Assembly: GCA_002633005.1 (NCBI GenBank)
Contig: NMRA01000033.1
Span: forward strand, 560,233 to 624,232
Source: Phoronis australis
Lineage: Eukaryota; Animalia; Phoronida
Length of the DNA stretch: 64,000 nucleotides
Reading direction: 5' to 3'
A program made the translations under genes and the position numbers. How positions within the stretch are numbered: the first letter of the stretch is position 1; each line of letters begins with the position of its first letter. Under the pieces are notes generated by a model. That model had not been told where the DNA came from. It was given only the letters and a program-made list of their open reading frames with translations, and did no database searches. Shown in pieces: positions 61,670 to 64,000 of the stretch.

Positions 61670-64000
61670 CTAAAACATAAGCAGATACATTCATCAATAG
61701 AACAGGACACCACTGAAACAAAAAACATTATTCTTTATCATATCAGGACTTGCTCTTACGAATGTATTATGACAAAAAGCAAAGTTAATTCTCGTCTTCT
61801 TACCAACTCATTTTAAGACGTGTGCTCACCGAATAAAAAACATCGGCCCGCATCAATTTCAGCCAAGGTCCATTTCACATTATGATCCTTTTTAGTGGGG
61901 ACGTGATGAAATCCACTACCTTGTGGCTAGATAGCGATAGAAAGGTTGGTGGCCAGCGTTCTGAATACTTTCATTAGTAACATTCTTCAGTTACAGCTTT
62001 TGCATACGTCCCTATAAAAACCTTTGAATTTTTACCCTAATCCACAAGGAAAGTGATATGTCAAGACATCAACAGCCTTACTAGTATGCTTCAACTCCTC
62101 GCGTGCTCAGGGTTGATATATTGAGTTGGCACGATCTCATCTGGTGAAAATCAAACAACTCAGGCCAAATTTACAAAATAACCTAAAGTTACAATATTTT
62201 TTCAGCAAGAAAAATTAACACAATTGGGACTTGGATTTTAAATCGGCGAACTAATAAAATTACAAATTAAAACGACTTCCGATAGACTTTGACTTCCTGA
62301 CTGCTGATTACATTAATTTTCACTTAATTAATTTAGGCATCTCTACTTACAATAGAAAGGTATAGTATGCAGTTCAAACGTCTTCGGGTTTTTTGATGAA
62401 TTAGGGGTGATGTTAGTATGTGTAATTGTAGAAAATACAGTATATGATAATTAAATATTTTACAAATAAATGCAAAACAGGAAAATAATTGCATAGTCCA
62501 TGACTAAAGTAATCCGTCAGACAAAATATTGTTTCCCTGTAACATGTAATTATGTTAACAACAAGAATAATTATTAGACTGGCAAAATTCTAATTACAGA
62601 ATGGCTTAGCCACTTTAATAACTTTCCCATTAACACCCCTTCATTCTTGGCCATGAGGGAAAACTACTCTGGAGATGAATTCGGCTTCTGCCCAGCTATC
62701 CTAATGGGGAATTCTGGGTCATTTTGTCTGGATACCTTCAGTTTGTACTGTGTCGTTTTATATGATGCCTGATACAGATGTAATTCTTTTATAATTCTTT
62801 TCAGTCATCACATTGTCAGTTGTCACCAACTTGACACTGTTATGGGATGGAATGCCTCAAAACGTCCATGAATGAAACTAAAGAACTTCACAGTCACTGA
62901 TACAGTGACGGGTAAAAACAATGACTCAAGTCAAGAGTTAGCATAGACAGTGGCCACCGTCTCTAGCTAGCCCCAGAGACAGTGAATCTCTTACAGGAAC
63001 TTCATATGCCAGAAGCTTTTCGGCAAATTACGCCTCACTGATGACAGCGTCAAAGTCACAATGTTATAAGTATTTTTTGAGCACAACAGGACACCTCAGG
63101 AGGCCGTCGATGTCTCTAATTCCTTTCAACTCAAACAAATATCTCCGTAATCAAACTTTTTCTTCGAGCAGTCCTTAGTACAGTTGCCCATATCGGCAAC
63201 TGGCCATTTTTAGCACAGTGTGCACTCGTGGCGGGCACACTAAAAATAGGAGCGCGGGCAGTGTAAAAATGGTCAGTTACCGATTTGGGCAACTGGACGA
63301 AGGACTGCTCAAAGAAAAAGTTCATGACAGCGTTCTGCCGTTCAGCAACTTTTCCAGACGTGAGGGGTTCTGAACGTGCGATAACATCTGGCTCTTTTGT
63401 TAACTGCCCAGCACTGCATAACTGTCCCGTATGACAACAAGCAGGCCAATATCTCCCAGGCTTCAAAGGGTTACTGAAACCTGGCAGAAAGGATTGTCTT
63501 AACTTCTGTTGTAGTTGGGCGACTTTGGTGATTCAAAAACTAAACATGATCAGCAGTTGACAAGGAATTCGGAAATGCTATTGGTTTATGTTCAAATATG
63601 TTATAACTTAACTTTCATTTTTAACAGCACAGCCCAGTCAGGCTAGAAACGATCTGATCGGAGATTCAGTTAGAGCAATTATCGAACTAAAGAGAGCCGG
63701 CCCTCAAAACATATGCCAGAATAGAGTTAATCAGTTGTGTAAGATAGTGGCTACAGGGGTATCTTCCCAACTTGTTGTTGGGCTATACTGCCTATAGAAT
63801 CAAACAAATTGGGAGCAACGGAAAAACGCCGTAATATTATGTTAGCGACCAGCCGTGTTTTTATGGGAGTATTTGTTCGAGTTGGAATTAAAGACATCGA
63901 CGGCCTCCTACGGCTACGGTATCCCTCTATGAGCGAAAGGTACTCATAATGATGTGACTTAGATGTTTTAACCAGTATGAGGAATATTTCGCCAAAAAGC

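Noticed and set aside
61700-64000. First exon (GxxxGxG) of the SDR, including ORF 63131-63466
   Set aside because: No Rossmann motif found; the ORF lies in a dispersed repeat also present at 38934-39197

Overview
Intron-rich, AT-rich eukaryotic (invertebrate animal, probably a non-vertebrate deuterostome; taxon is inference only) genomic DNA, so most ORF-track entries are spurious. Manual GT-AG splicing gives four genes. (1) SMARCE1/BAF57 on +, 9 exons, 2669-11460, 5' end not found. (2) A complete pyruvate dehydrogenase kinase (PDK) on -, 14893-39806, with two alternative, mutually homologous first coding exons. (3) CDV3 on +, 40274-49920, head-to-head with PDK across about 470 bp. (4) A C-factor/CsgA/Sniffer-like short-chain dehydrogenase (SDR) on -, 54123-61669, first exon not found in the window. 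Introns hold many non-autonomous DNA transposons (hAT-like with 8-, 6- and 5-bp TSDs, TTAA-flanked Kolobok-like MITEs, a pogo/Tc1-like element with a HIRAN-like fragment, a THAP remnant), tRNA-derived elements, minisatellites and an array of CTCF-like motifs. The most interesting items are the duplicated PDK exon 1 that changes the lipoyl-binding pocket, a candidate internal promoter that would give a ~17 kDa N-truncated CsgA-like protein, and a minisatellite built from the SDR's own last codons. Assembly gaps (Ns at 23349, 55444, 56144-56368, 59719) limit some calls.
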